Notes under the pieces: model-generated
The model's database searches: none
Seen by the model: the letters and a program-made list of their open reading frames with translations, nothing else
Told to the model about the DNA's origin: nothing
Made by a program: the position numbers and the translations under genes
In this document: positions 52,081-64,000 of the stretch, piece after piece
Layout: each line of letters begins with the position of its first letter
How positions within the stretch are numbered: the first letter of the stretch is position 1
Assembly: GCF_006345805.1 (NCBI RefSeq)
Contig: NC_043002.1
Span: forward strand, 22,258,001-22,322,000
Length of the DNA: 64,000 nucleotides
Reading direction: 5' to 3'
From: Octopus sinensis
Taxonomy: Eukaryota

Positions 52081-52282
52081 AGCCGGCAAGAGCGTCGGAT
52101 AGCGTGGACGAAGAGGTTGTAGTCGTCATTCGCTGTCGAGGAGTGGAATTCATGTTAATTGCATTATGTTAATTAAAAGTCTAGTTCATGGTTAAGTTAT
52201 TTTAAATTATTAGTCGTTAGACCAGCATAAGCTTTGTTGGTAGTGAGTGTTTTAATAATTGTGTATAAAATATGTTTATGTT

Positions 52283-52517
52283 TGGAGGCGCCCAGTGGTT
52301 AGGGCAACAGAGTCGCGGTCTTAGGATCGTGGTTTCGATTCCCAGACCGGGCGTTGTGAGTGTTTATTGAGCGAAAACACCTAAAGCTACACGAGGCTCC
52401 GGCAGGGAGTGGTGGTGAATCCTGCTGTACTCTTTCACCCCAACTTTATTTCACTCTTTCTTCCTGTTTCTGTTGTACTTGTATTTCAAAGGGCCAGCCT
52501 TCTCACACTCTGTGTCT
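52283..52517 (+). mobile_element. S3 head/body with tail Q, 3'-truncated
   Basis: Head like 33232-33540. TGTATTTCAAAGGGCCAGCCTT matches the S4 tail. Confidence 0.8.
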
Positions 52518-52527
52518 GTCTACTGTC

Positions 52528-52529
52528 TG

Positions 52530-52612
<83 letters not shown>

Positions 52613-52677
52613 CTCTGTCTGTCCGTCAATCTATCTATCCATCCATCCATCCGTCTGTCTGTCTGTCTCTCTGTCTG

Positions 52678-52747
<70 letters not shown>

Positions 52748-52827
52748 CTCTGTCTGTCTATCTATCTATCCATCCATCCATCCGTCTGTCTGTCTGTCTG
52801 TCTCTCTGTCTGTCTATCTATCTATCT

Positions 52828-52859
<32 letters not shown>

Positions 52860-52861
52860 CT

Positions 52862-52892
<31 letters not shown>

Positions 52893-52959
52893 CTATCTAT
52901 CTATCTCTCTATCTATCTATATCTATCTATCTATCTGTCTATCTATCTATCTATCTATC

Positions 52960-53024
<65 letters not shown>
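52528..53024. repeat. (TATC/TGTC/CATC)n compound microsatellite
   Basis: Directly visible. Confidence 0.95.
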
Positions 53025-53025
<1 letters not shown>

Positions 53026-53849
53026 TAGCCGTATCGTACTGCTATGTTGGTCTCCCTCTAGATATCTTTAGAACATGTTTCATAGTTATTTTTATGGCAT
53101 AAGACGCAAAGTTACGGCGATCACTGCCTTAGCTAATGGTGATTCTTTGATGCTTCCCTAAACCAAAATTCTCATATTTAGAAACATTTTTATAACCCAA
53201 CTGAATAACACTTGCCAGTGTGTTTGAGTGTCGTATACCTAATACTAGTACGTGGATATATAACACTTCTTTTCCAAAGAAAAGAAATGGATCAAAGAAA
53301 AAATAATATGGTTTACTCTTACTTTTGGTACTTTTACAACGCTAACATGAACTAGGGAGAAGAAGGTTCAAGAATATTACCCTGAAGTCATAAATACAAA
53401 ATACAATTTTTAGTACGTGTTCTTTAAAGATAAATTATAATTATCATCGCAATATGAAAGGAATAATCCGAAGCAAACCTGTCAATCAGATTATTGCAGA
53501 TTTATTCGTTCAGAAATGCGTTATATCAAGAATACAATGAAAGCTTTCCTAAGCTACCCAAAGAAGACGGTGGATAAGAATACTGCTAAGGCAACAGTGT
53601 AGAAATATTCAATGAAAAGATTTTACAGCTACGAGTCATCTTTCAGCTACATCAACAAAATAAACTTCACGACGTTATGAAGCTGCACCTGGAAAATAAG
53701 AGGCCAAAATAGTGGAGATTTCTTATGATATCATAGCCATACATAAACGCTAAGAAAGGAGGTGTTCACTAAATGTAACCACGCATACAAATCCTTATAC
53801 AACTGGAAAGTTCACTAATGCGCATTAGGAGTGCCACACGTCAAATATT

Positions 53850-54463
53850 CTGTTCTACTCTAGGCACAAGGCTTGAAATTTTGGGGAAGGAGACCAGTCG
53901 ATTAGATCAACCCCAGTGCGCAAATGGTACTTAATTTATCGACCCCGAAAGGATGAAAGGCAAAGTCGACCTCGCCATAATTTGAACTCAGAACGTTAAG
54001 ACACACGAAATACCTATTTCTTTACTACCCACAAGGGACTAAACACAGAGGGGACAAACAAGGACAGACAAACGGATTAAGTCGATTATATCGACCCCAG
54101 TGCGTAACTGGTACTTATTTAATCGACCTCGAAAGGATGAAAGGCAAAGTCGACCTCGACGGAATTTGAACTCAGAACGTAGCGGCAGATAAAATACAGC
54201 TAAGCATTTCGCCCTGCGTGCTAACGTTTCTTATTTCTTTATTGCCCACAAGGGGCTAAATATAGAGGGGACAAACAAGGACAGACAAAGGGATTAAGTC
54301 GATTATATCTACCCCAGTGCGTAACTGGTACTTATTTCATCGATCTCGAAAGGATGAAAGGCAAAGTCGACCTCGACGGAATTTGAACTCAGAACGTAGC
54401 GGCAGACGAGATACCGCTAAGCATTTCGCCCGGCGTGCTAACGTTTCTGCCAATACGCTGTCT
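53850..54463 (-). mobile_element. Head-to-tail trimer of S1 SINE
   Basis: Three GAAAGGATGAAAGGCAAAGTCGACCTCG cores at about 53947, 54131 and 54347. Confidence 0.9.
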
Positions 54464-54847
54464 TAACACACGTCACATATTCAGCGGGGCTCATACTGTG
54501 CAATCTAATTTCAACCAGCTCAGCATTTACCCTATAACACAAACAAATACTAGAACTAACAACCTTAAGTATCGGTGCTCCAGCATGGCTGCAATCAAAT
54601 GACTGAAACAAGTAAAAGAATAAAATAATAAAAGAATAAACAATTTTAAGCAGAACAAAACCTTAGCGGTCTAAAATTCTTCAAGGAGGTGCCCCAGCAT
54701 GGCCGCTGTCTGATGACTGAGACAAATAAAAGTCAGAAAGAATATATAGTCGCGTGTGTATCAGTGTTTGAGTGCCCGCGTATAAGGTTACCTACAATAA
54801 TGGGCACTGTCCAAATACACATCTACTCCCACGCAAAAGATATATTC

Positions 54848-55061
54848 TTTTACTTGTTTCAGTCATTTAACTGCGGTCACGCTGGAGCACCGCCTGTTGT
54901 CGAACAAATCGACCACCGGACCTATTCTTTGTGTCTCTTGTTTGTCTATCTGTCTGTCTGTCTGTCTATCTATCTATCAATGTATCTATCTATCTATCTA
55001 TCTATTAACACAAACACACACACACACACACACACAACACACACACACACACACACCACAC

Positions 55062-55116
<55 letters not shown>

Positions 55117-55272
55117 GACGGACTTCTTTCAGTTTCCGTCTACCAAATCCACACACGAAGGTTTGGTCGGCCCGAGGCTATAGTAGAAGACACTCGCCCG
55201 AGGTGACACGCAGTGGAACTGAACACGGAACCATGTGGGTGGCAAGCAACCTACTTACTACACAGCTACACC
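54848..55272 (-). mobile_element. S2 SINE (solo tails also at 54572-54640 and 54680-54745, + strand)
   Basis: Matches the reverse complement of 25312-25720. Confidence 0.8.
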
Positions 55273-55914
55273 TAAGCATATATATGTTTACAACATATAT
55301 ATATATATATATCTGTGTATGAGCATGCATATATATATATATATCTATATACACGTAGATGCGTTCTTATGTTTGCATATCTATACAACAAACTATTCCA
55401 AATGACATGCTTATGTGTTTTACAGCTGCCTTGGTATATTCATGTTTTTCTTTGATGACACGCATGGTACACAATTACAAACTGATACAAGACACAAACG
55501 AGTAAAATCACTTACACATACATATATTACTCCCTCTTTTTCTCTCTCACTCACTCTCTCCTCCCATCTATCACCCCCCTCTCTCTCTCTCTCTCTCTCA
55601 CACTATCTGTATTTCCTTTCACACTCCTCTCTTTCTCTCCCTTTGCAGTTTTGAGTGTGCTTTTGTCTGAATGTTTATGTGACTGTAAGGCTCCATGTTT
55701 TCTATTATAAATGTTAGAGCCGATGTTTCCTTTTTTGTTTATATGTGTGTGTATATGCATATATATATATATATTATATATATATATATATATTTGTATG
55801 TATCTGTCTGTGTATATATATATGTATGTGTGTGTAATTATATATATACATATATATCTATATAGACATGTAAGTATATATATATATATATGTGTATATA
55901 TGTGTGTATATATT

Positions 55915-55948
<34 letters not shown>

Positions 55949-56391
55949 TGTATGTATGTATGTATGTATGTATGTATGTATACATGTATATTTACTTGTA
56001 CGTAGATATGTATGTTGGTGTATATATACATATATGTGTGTGTGTGTATCTGTGTGCATATACTGCAAATCTATAAATATGTGTGTGTATGTGTGTGTGT
56101 GTGTGTGTATGTATGTACAAATGTGGATATGTATGTACATATGTTTGTATGTGCTTACATATGCATTTGTTTATATGTGTGCCTATCTGTGTGTGTAAGT
56201 GTGAGTGTGTATGTACGTAGTTATTGTTTTCGTAGTGTTTTAGATTGAAACAAAAGGAAGACGTGACAAATTCTCAGAAGAACCCAGATGCATACAAAAC
56301 GGTTCTGATATCTTCCTAAGCGCTGAGTGTTGGGAGGTGGAGCAAGAATTTGGAGGTGGGATATATGAATATCTAATATGTACATGCATAT

Positions 56392-56449
<58 letters not shown>

Positions 56450-56473
56450 TATGTGTGTGTGTGTATGTATACA

Positions 56474-56524
<51 letters not shown>

Positions 56525-56530
56525 ATATAT

Positions 56531-56637
56531 TGATAAAGATGGTAAGACAACAAAAGAATGAAAGAGACCTCGATGGCATCCGAAACTCGGAGTTTTATCA
56601 TGGCTACCGAATAATTGTCATATTATATTTACAGATA
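56531..56637. mobile_element. Rearranged fragment of the 23.8-kb palindromic family
   Basis: 56531-56571 matches the reverse complement of 24021-24060. 56575-56637 matches 23938-23996 and retains GAAACTCGGAGTTTTATC. Confidence 0.65.
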
Positions 56638-56755
56638 TATATTATATATATATATATATCGCATATATATATTGATAGATAGATAGATAGATTGAGAGAG
56701 ATAGATAGATAGATAAACAGACTGACAGACAGCAGACACCTATATATATATATAT

Positions 56756-56795
<40 letters not shown>

Positions 56796-57425
56796 CGAAT
56801 ATATATTTGTTTGTTTGTGTGTGCGTGTAATAAACGTGTATGTTGGCATATAGAGAAAAAAAAAGGAAAACGTTATTAATCAGGAGCTAGAAAAATAAGG
56901 TAGTTAGATAGGAAATGGGCAGATAAACAAGTAGTTAGTCATATTAAGCTGAAAGATAATGGCAAGAAAACATGAAATAAATAACAAAAATGCGAAATAT
57001 ACGGATGCGCATTGGTGTAATCACATAAAATTGAAACTAAAATATACTTCCACAAACACAAACAGAAACGTATGCGCTTATATATATAACCAGGTAACGG
57101 AAATACCTAAAGAATATCATCCGTGATGCATACATACTATATAATACAATATTACTAAGAAGCATGCACAAGTATCTGAATATGTGTAATAACGACAATA
57201 AAAATATTATCAACAACAACAAAAAGAATTTTTCAAAAACCTTCTACAAAGGAAACTGAAAACGTTACAAAACATTGTACAGCTCTCTCTTCTATCTTCT
57301 CCAGCTTGTATGTGTGTGAAAATTTATATAAATACAATTATGTCCATATACGTGTATAAAGAATCATACATACGCATATACATACCTATATATATATAAT
57401 ATTATTATATATATATATAGCACAT

Positions 57426-57508
<83 letters not shown>

Positions 57509-57514
57509 CATATA

Positions 57515-57547
<33 letters not shown>

Positions 57548-57826
57548 ATATATATACATATACACACATACTTATTTATATATACTCGTATACGTACATA
57601 TACAACTCATACATATATATACATTTATAACTTTTTCTCTGTATGTATATATATATACGTATGCATGTATATATATGTATATATATATTGATACATGCAT
57701 ATATACATACAAACATATGTACATATATATGTATATATATATATATGTATATATATATACATACATATATATATATATATACATATATATTTATCTATAT
57801 ATATGACTAGTATATGTAGATATGCA

Positions 57827-57860
<34 letters not shown>

Positions 57861-58238
57861 TATATGTATATATGTATATATAGCTGTATAAACAAGCACT
57901 TACATATACGTATGTTATATACAGTTACGTCATGTGTATGTGTGAGTGTGCACGTGTGCGTGCGTGTCTGTTTGTGTATGCCTTTTATTAATATGAATAT
58001 GCATGTGTTCGGCAGGCAAATCCTTTCTGCTTTCAACAAGCGAATATTATCATATTTTATTTAAAAAAAAAAAACAACAACAACAACAAAATAAAACAAA
58101 AAAACAAACAAAATGAACCAAATCAAAACTACAAAAACAAAAACAAAAAAACAACTACTAAATGCACTCACACACAAACACACACACACACATACACACA
58201 CACATACACACACACACACACACAAACACACGCACATA

Positions 58239-58276
<38 letters not shown>

Positions 58277-58448
58277 GCACATACACACACACACACACGG
58301 GCACATCTCTTTTACATCGATTTCAATCGTTGTCGTCATCAGCGTCCTTGTCGCCAAGAAATTTTTCAATTTCATCAATGTTCTTCTTAATGTTGCTTAT
58401 TTATTCTTTATTCCATCGTTGTCGCTGTTTAGCTTCACCATTTTCGTT

Positions 58449-58493
<45 letters not shown>

Positions 58494-58985
58494 GTCATCG
58501 TCATCGTCGATGCTGTTGCTTTTAACATTAGCAACCATATTTTCTATGTCTCGCTCATATTCTTTTCTTACCCTTCATCATCATCATCATCATCATGTTA
58601 TTGTTCTTTGCGTGTGTGATATTGATATTGTTAATACCTCTTGTTTTGTTGTAACGTTTGCGTTGTTTTATTTTTCTTCTGCGCCTCTTATTGTAATAAT
58701 AGTTTTGTAGCGATATAGGTTAGCTCGGAGCCAACACGTCTTTTCTTGTTTCTTCCTAGCAATTCTTTTGTTTCTCCCCACGCCCACCATCTTCCCCCCG
58801 ACACCCACTATTTTGTTCTATATTTTTGAGGGTGGTATGCGATATATACATACATTCATAAATACATATGCAAACATTCCTTTCCACTTGTGTACATATA
58901 TATGTGTGCGTATATATATATATATATATATACACATATATATATATATGTGTGTGTAATATATATATATATATATATGTGTGTG

Positions 58986-59025
<40 letters not shown>

Positions 59026-59171
59026 CGTAATTTTTATATAATATATATATATATATACACACAAACACACACAAAGAGAGAGGTTGAGGGACAAATATGG
59101 CTCTCGCTTTCCATCTGTATATGTATATATGTATATATATATGCATACATATATAGCATGTATATATATGC

Positions 59172-59202
<31 letters not shown>

Positions 59203-60113
59203 AGATATATGTATATATGCATATATTACATACATACATATAATATATATAGTTATACATACATATGCATACATACATTTATACATATATACATTAATTC
59301 GTGTATGCGTATGTATATATATAATATATATATATATATATAATATATATATATATATTATATACGCATGTACGAATTAATGTATTTCAATAGATCTGTC
59401 TCTCTTTTCATGTATGCAATTCTTTGTTTAGTGTTTATAATATATTTACATGTTTATTTGTTGTTTTCCAGTTCCTTTTTATCTCGTGAACGAAATGAGT
59501 TTATTTTCTTCGCCGCCACAACCACCACCACCGCCACCATCATCGTCACACCGTTTTCGTTTCTCAATAGCTTTAGAAATATGTTCCAACTACACTTATG
59601 TCGATATGTGAGTTGGAACTGTTTCCACAATTGGCTTGTTGGCTGATGCCGTTCTTACCATTCTCATTGGACTTTTATATTTGTTATGATTATTGCTGTT
59701 GTTGTTTTTGTTCTTGTTGTTGTTGCTGCTGTTGGCTTTGGGTATTGTTTATGGAAGTGATGATTGTTCTTGTTCTGCTTGTCGTTGTTGCATTGTTGTT
59801 GGTGTAGTTGTAAATACTGTTGGTAACATTTCTCGCAGTGGTTTCGGTTTCGGTGGTGGCTTAGGCGAATGTTTTGCATGGGTTTTTCTCGATATTGGTA
59901 CCAAAACTTTTTTTCAAGTTACACTCACCAGTTCTTGTTGTTATTGTTGTTGTTGTTGTTGTTGCTCTTCTTCTTCTTCTTCTTCTTCTTCTTCTTCTTC
60001 TTCTTCTTCTTCTTCTTCTTCTTCTTCTTCTTCTTCTTCTACTACTACTACTACTACTAAAAACCACCACCACCACTACTACCGCCGCCGACACCACCAC
60101 CACCACCACCACC

Positions 60114-60155
<42 letters not shown>

Positions 60156-60546
60156 GATACTATTTGATTAAGCTACGGTAGTAAACGTAGTAATATCATC
60201 GTCATCATCAACAGCAGCAGCAGCAGTAGTATCAGTATTAGTAGTAGTATTAGTATTAGTATTAGTATTAGTAGTAGTAGTAGTAGTAGTAGCAGCAGCA
60301 GCAGCAACAGCAGTAGTAGCACTAGTAGTAGTAGTAGTAGTAGCTTGTATGTTACTGTTTCGTGTTGTCCTTATTCGGTTATATTTTACTGATTGGTTTC
60401 CCTCGTCTGGAACACACGTTCGTGTATATGCAACCATAAACAGGAAAGTGCTCTACACACGAAACTCTGAAGGAAAGTGCTCTACACACTTGAGTAACTC
60501 TGTTGCTTCTGCAAAATATTCACAAAATATGTATTTTCCTTTATTC

Positions 60547-60787
60547 TTTTACTTGTTTCAGTCATTTTACTGCGGGCATGCTAGAGAAGCAACTTAAGGG
60601 GCTTTAGTAGAACAAATCGACCGCATGACTTAATCTTTGTAAGACTAGTACTTATCCTATCGGTTTCTTTTGCCGAACTGTTAAGTTATGGTGATATAAA
60701 CACACCAACATCTGTTGTCGAGTGATGGTAGGATGATAAACACACAAATAAATACATACATATAAATATGTGTGCGTGTGTGTATAA

Positions 60788-60819
<32 letters not shown>

Positions 60820-60978
60820 ATGTGTGTGTATATATATATACGGCAGACTTCTTTCAGTTTTGGTCTTCCAAGATCCACCCACAAGGATTTGGTCTACCTG
60901 AGGGTATAGTAGAAGACACTTGCCCAAAGTGCCACTCAGTGGGACTGAACCCGGAACCATATGGTCGGGAAGCAAGCT
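60547..60978 (-). mobile_element. S2 SINE
   Basis: Tail, internal microsatellite, core and partial head. Confidence 0.8.
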
Positions 60979-60984
60979 TAAAAT

Positions 60985-61480
60985 TTGTCAGAAGGCCTCC
61001 AGGAAAACGAAATTACCCACGTTGCACGGCGAAAACAGTTAGGTTTGGGGGGTAAAAGTGATGTTTTGGGACTACATAAAAAGTGATGGTTCATGAAAGT
61101 TGGCTAAACTTGACGGCAACTTGAATAGTGCCAAATACATTCAGTTGCTGGAAGACAATTTGATAGCAGTCTTGGAGGAAACTGAGATTCTTTATAGCGT
61201 GTCGGAGCTCCATGCCACAGATCGCGTGCAACACAACAGAGTCTGGCTGATGAAAGCGTTACCGCATTGATAGATTGGCCAGCTCAGAGCTCTGATTTAT
61301 ATATCATCGAGCAAATGTGGACAGAACTACAGAGAACAGTTCGTCAGAAGAATCCTCGCAATCTTGAAGAGTTGTGGGAAATCAGCCACAGAGAATGGCA
61401 TTTCATTCCTATGAAGATGGTGAAGGATTTGTAGGCATCTCTTCCCAGGCGCATTGAAGCAATTATTCAAGGTGAGAAAG
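60985..61480 (+). pseudogene. Tc1-like transposase relic (DD35E spacing)
   Basis: TVRFGG...GNLNSAKYIQLLEDNL...GAPCHRS...DWPAQSSDLYIIEQMW...SLPRRIEAII. Confidence 0.8.
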
Positions 61481-61807
61481 CCACACAAAAAATTAAAATC
61501 CCATAGTCATGACCGAAGGAGGTTTCAGCAGACATAATGTCTACGTATGTATCTAAACATAAGTGTGAGGAGGGGGGCGCTAAAAGATAGTCGAACGAAG
61601 CGAGACAGGAATATTTTGAATGTGGTACCTTTTTTGAAAAGTCACCTGACGAGACACGTCTGCACCGAAGGATGTACCATAAACAGTTGTATAGTATCCC
61701 CACGAGGGACGGATGCAGATGTGTCGAAACGATCATAGTGACTAATAGAGAATCTCGTGAATTCCATTTTTTTTTTTTCGTTTCTCTCATTTGTCATACA
61801 CACATTA

Positions 61808-61995
61808 AGGCGACGAGCTGGCAGAATCGTTAGCATGTATTTCGCTTGTCTTTACGTTCTGAGTTCAAATGCCTCTGAGGTCGAGTTTGTTTTCCTTTCG
61901 GGATCGATATCTTAAGTTCCAGTGAAACACTGGGATCAATGTAATCGATTGGTCTCTTCACACCAAATTTCAGACCTCGTGCCTATAGTAGAAAG
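61808..61995 (+). mobile_element. S1 SINE
   Basis: GGCGACGAGCTGGCAGAATCGTTAGC...GTGCCTATAGTAGAAAG. Confidence 0.75.
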
Positions 61996-62131
61996 GTTAT
62001 GCACACACTTGCACACGCACGCATGCACACGCTCACACGTCTGTGTATATATGTATATATATATATAGTGTGTGTGTATGTATATATGTATATTATATAT
62101 ATAAAATATATAATATATTATATATATATAT

Positions 62132-62168
<37 letters not shown>

Positions 62169-62292
62169 CGAGTGAAAGATAGAGAGAAGAGAAAAAAAGC
62201 GACATAGAGGGAGTGCGAGAGACGGGGAGAGAAATATAGATTTATTAAATGCCATTCAAAATAAATACTTGATTATTAAACATCTTCTCCGC

Positions 62293-62341
<49 letters not shown>

Positions 62342-62973
62342 ATATAATTATATATATATATATATACATATATACATGTATACATGCATACGTATGTATA
62401 TGTATGTTGTTGTATACACACGCAGATATATATATATATATATATATACGTGTACATTATACATATACATATATACTTTTATACATAAACATATGCATGT
62501 ATAGGTTTGAATTTATACATGTATCGATACATATATGTGTGTTTGTGTGCGCACTTCCAATACCAGGAAAAATATGCCCTTCCTATAGGGGCGAAAACAT
62601 TCAATTTTTCACGGGTTTGACTAGTTTGATACCCAATATATTAGAGAAAAACTTTTTTCACAATTCGAATGAGCGTAAATGCAATATACAAAATTGAAAA
62701 GAAAACGAAGGTTTACGATTGACATATTTTAATTTGTTATCATAATATTATATCATTATTATAATATGATATGATTTAAATATAAATATTATAATCCTAC
62801 GATTATTTCGATTCAGACCCAATAATAAATTTATAAAATTTCACGATTTTGAAAATTTGGGGTAAGAATCTCATCAGGGAAATATTTGACAAAAATTACA
62901 TATGAGGAGTTTTAGATTCTAAAACAGACTGAATTAAATATGTTTATGTTTGTACGCATGACCGTCAAATATT

Positions 62974-63004
<31 letters not shown>

Positions 63005-63008
<4 letters not shown>

Positions 63009-63211
63009 ATCCAAATAAGAAAGCACAAAAGAATACAACAACGCGTGGACGTGGAATAAATGTAGTATTATTGAACGCTCAGGAAAGAAGGAAAGAAGGA
63101 GGGTTTAATGTTTCGAGCGGAGTTCTTCGTCGGAAACATAGGAGAAGGAAAGATCCAGAGAAGGGAAGACAGAGGAAAAAAATCGCCATTGGTACACACT
63201 CGGTCACATTT

Positions 63212-63213
<2 letters not shown>
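63005..63213 (-). mobile_element. (TA)n-flanked element with decayed minimal hammerhead (63103-63137)
   Basis: Minus strand GTTT-CCGACGA-a-GAAC-tcc-GCTC-GAAA-ca-TT-AAAC. Confidence 0.55.
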
Positions 63214-63250
<37 letters not shown>

Positions 63251-63251
<1 letters not shown>

Positions 63252-63387
63252 TGCATGTTACCATTTTAGGTATTAGATGTGTGCGTGTGTGCGTATGTGT
63301 GTATGTGTTTGTGGGCGCGCGCGTGTGTAAATGAAAAGAGAATGGAGATTTACGATTGACATATTTCAGTTTATTAACATAATATTA

Positions 63388-63426
<39 letters not shown>

Positions 63427-63478
63427 CATAGTACACGCACGCACACTCACATCTAATACCTAAAATGGTAACGTGCAG
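63251..63478. repeat. Inverted-repeat-bounded segment (MITE-like, TA flanks)
   Basis: TA|CTGCATGTTACCATTTTAGGTATTAGATGTG ... CACATCTAATACCTAAAATGGTAACGTGCAG|TA. Confidence 0.6.
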
Positions 63479-63963
63479 TATTTCTGTTTCCCTTCCACTA
63501 TCATTTCATTTGTCGCAAACTTTTGTCACAGATCTACAGCCTTTTCCATGAAATTTCCGTAAGAATTTCTTTCACCATTTAGAGTCTTTGATACATTGTT
63601 ACAGAACAGTTTATAGAAACACAAAAGGATGAAGCAGAAAAAATGAAAAAAAGGAAGAACTAGATATTCAACAATTAACACAACACATGTACATATCATA
63701 AAGAAATACACATTGCGATAGATACGTTTCTTTACGTTATTTTTTTGTTTTTCGTATGTGTATGTGATGTTTTTACTGACAGAGCTCTAAAACCAGTTAT
63801 ACGGTTGTATATCTTCTGTTTTCTTCATTGGCAGGAAAGCGAGGATATTATTAGAAATATCTTACAAATATTTTGGTATAGTTCTGTCTTTGATATACCG
63901 CCAGCATGCAATGCGATATAATAATATAATACAAATGTATATATGTATATGCAAGTACGCCTT

Positions 63964-64000
<37 letters not shown>

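Overview
Repeat-saturated animal DNA, AT-rich with very dense (TA)n/(CA)n/(TATC)n/(TAA)n/(TAG)n microsatellites. The SINE families resemble octopod cephalopod repeats (from memory, not a database hit). No host protein-coding gene is recognisable, and nearly all ORF-track entries are microsatellite artefacts. Supported content: at least four tRNA-headed SINE types; an array of 11 R4/Dong-type insertions in (TAA)n at 15.2-21.1 kb plus a second cluster at 36.6-38.7 kb; a frame-intact 5'-truncated RTE reverse transcriptase; two CR1/L2-group LINE 3' ends sharing a tail with a SINE; Tc1-like relics with DD35E/DD36E/DD37E spacing; a mariner relic; Helitron, Helentron, hAT and Merlin-like non-autonomous elements. 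The most interesting signal is non-coding. A set of small elements embedded in (TA)n, palindromic or terminally redundant like Penelope pLTRs, carries hammerhead ribozyme motifs, including a G3-C8 covariant core. Two sequence-unrelated families (24.8 kb and 34.3 kb) carry the hammerhead core in a non-circularly permuted strand order with an apparent kink-turn. All RNA structures were folded by eye and are untested. Element boundaries are approximate.
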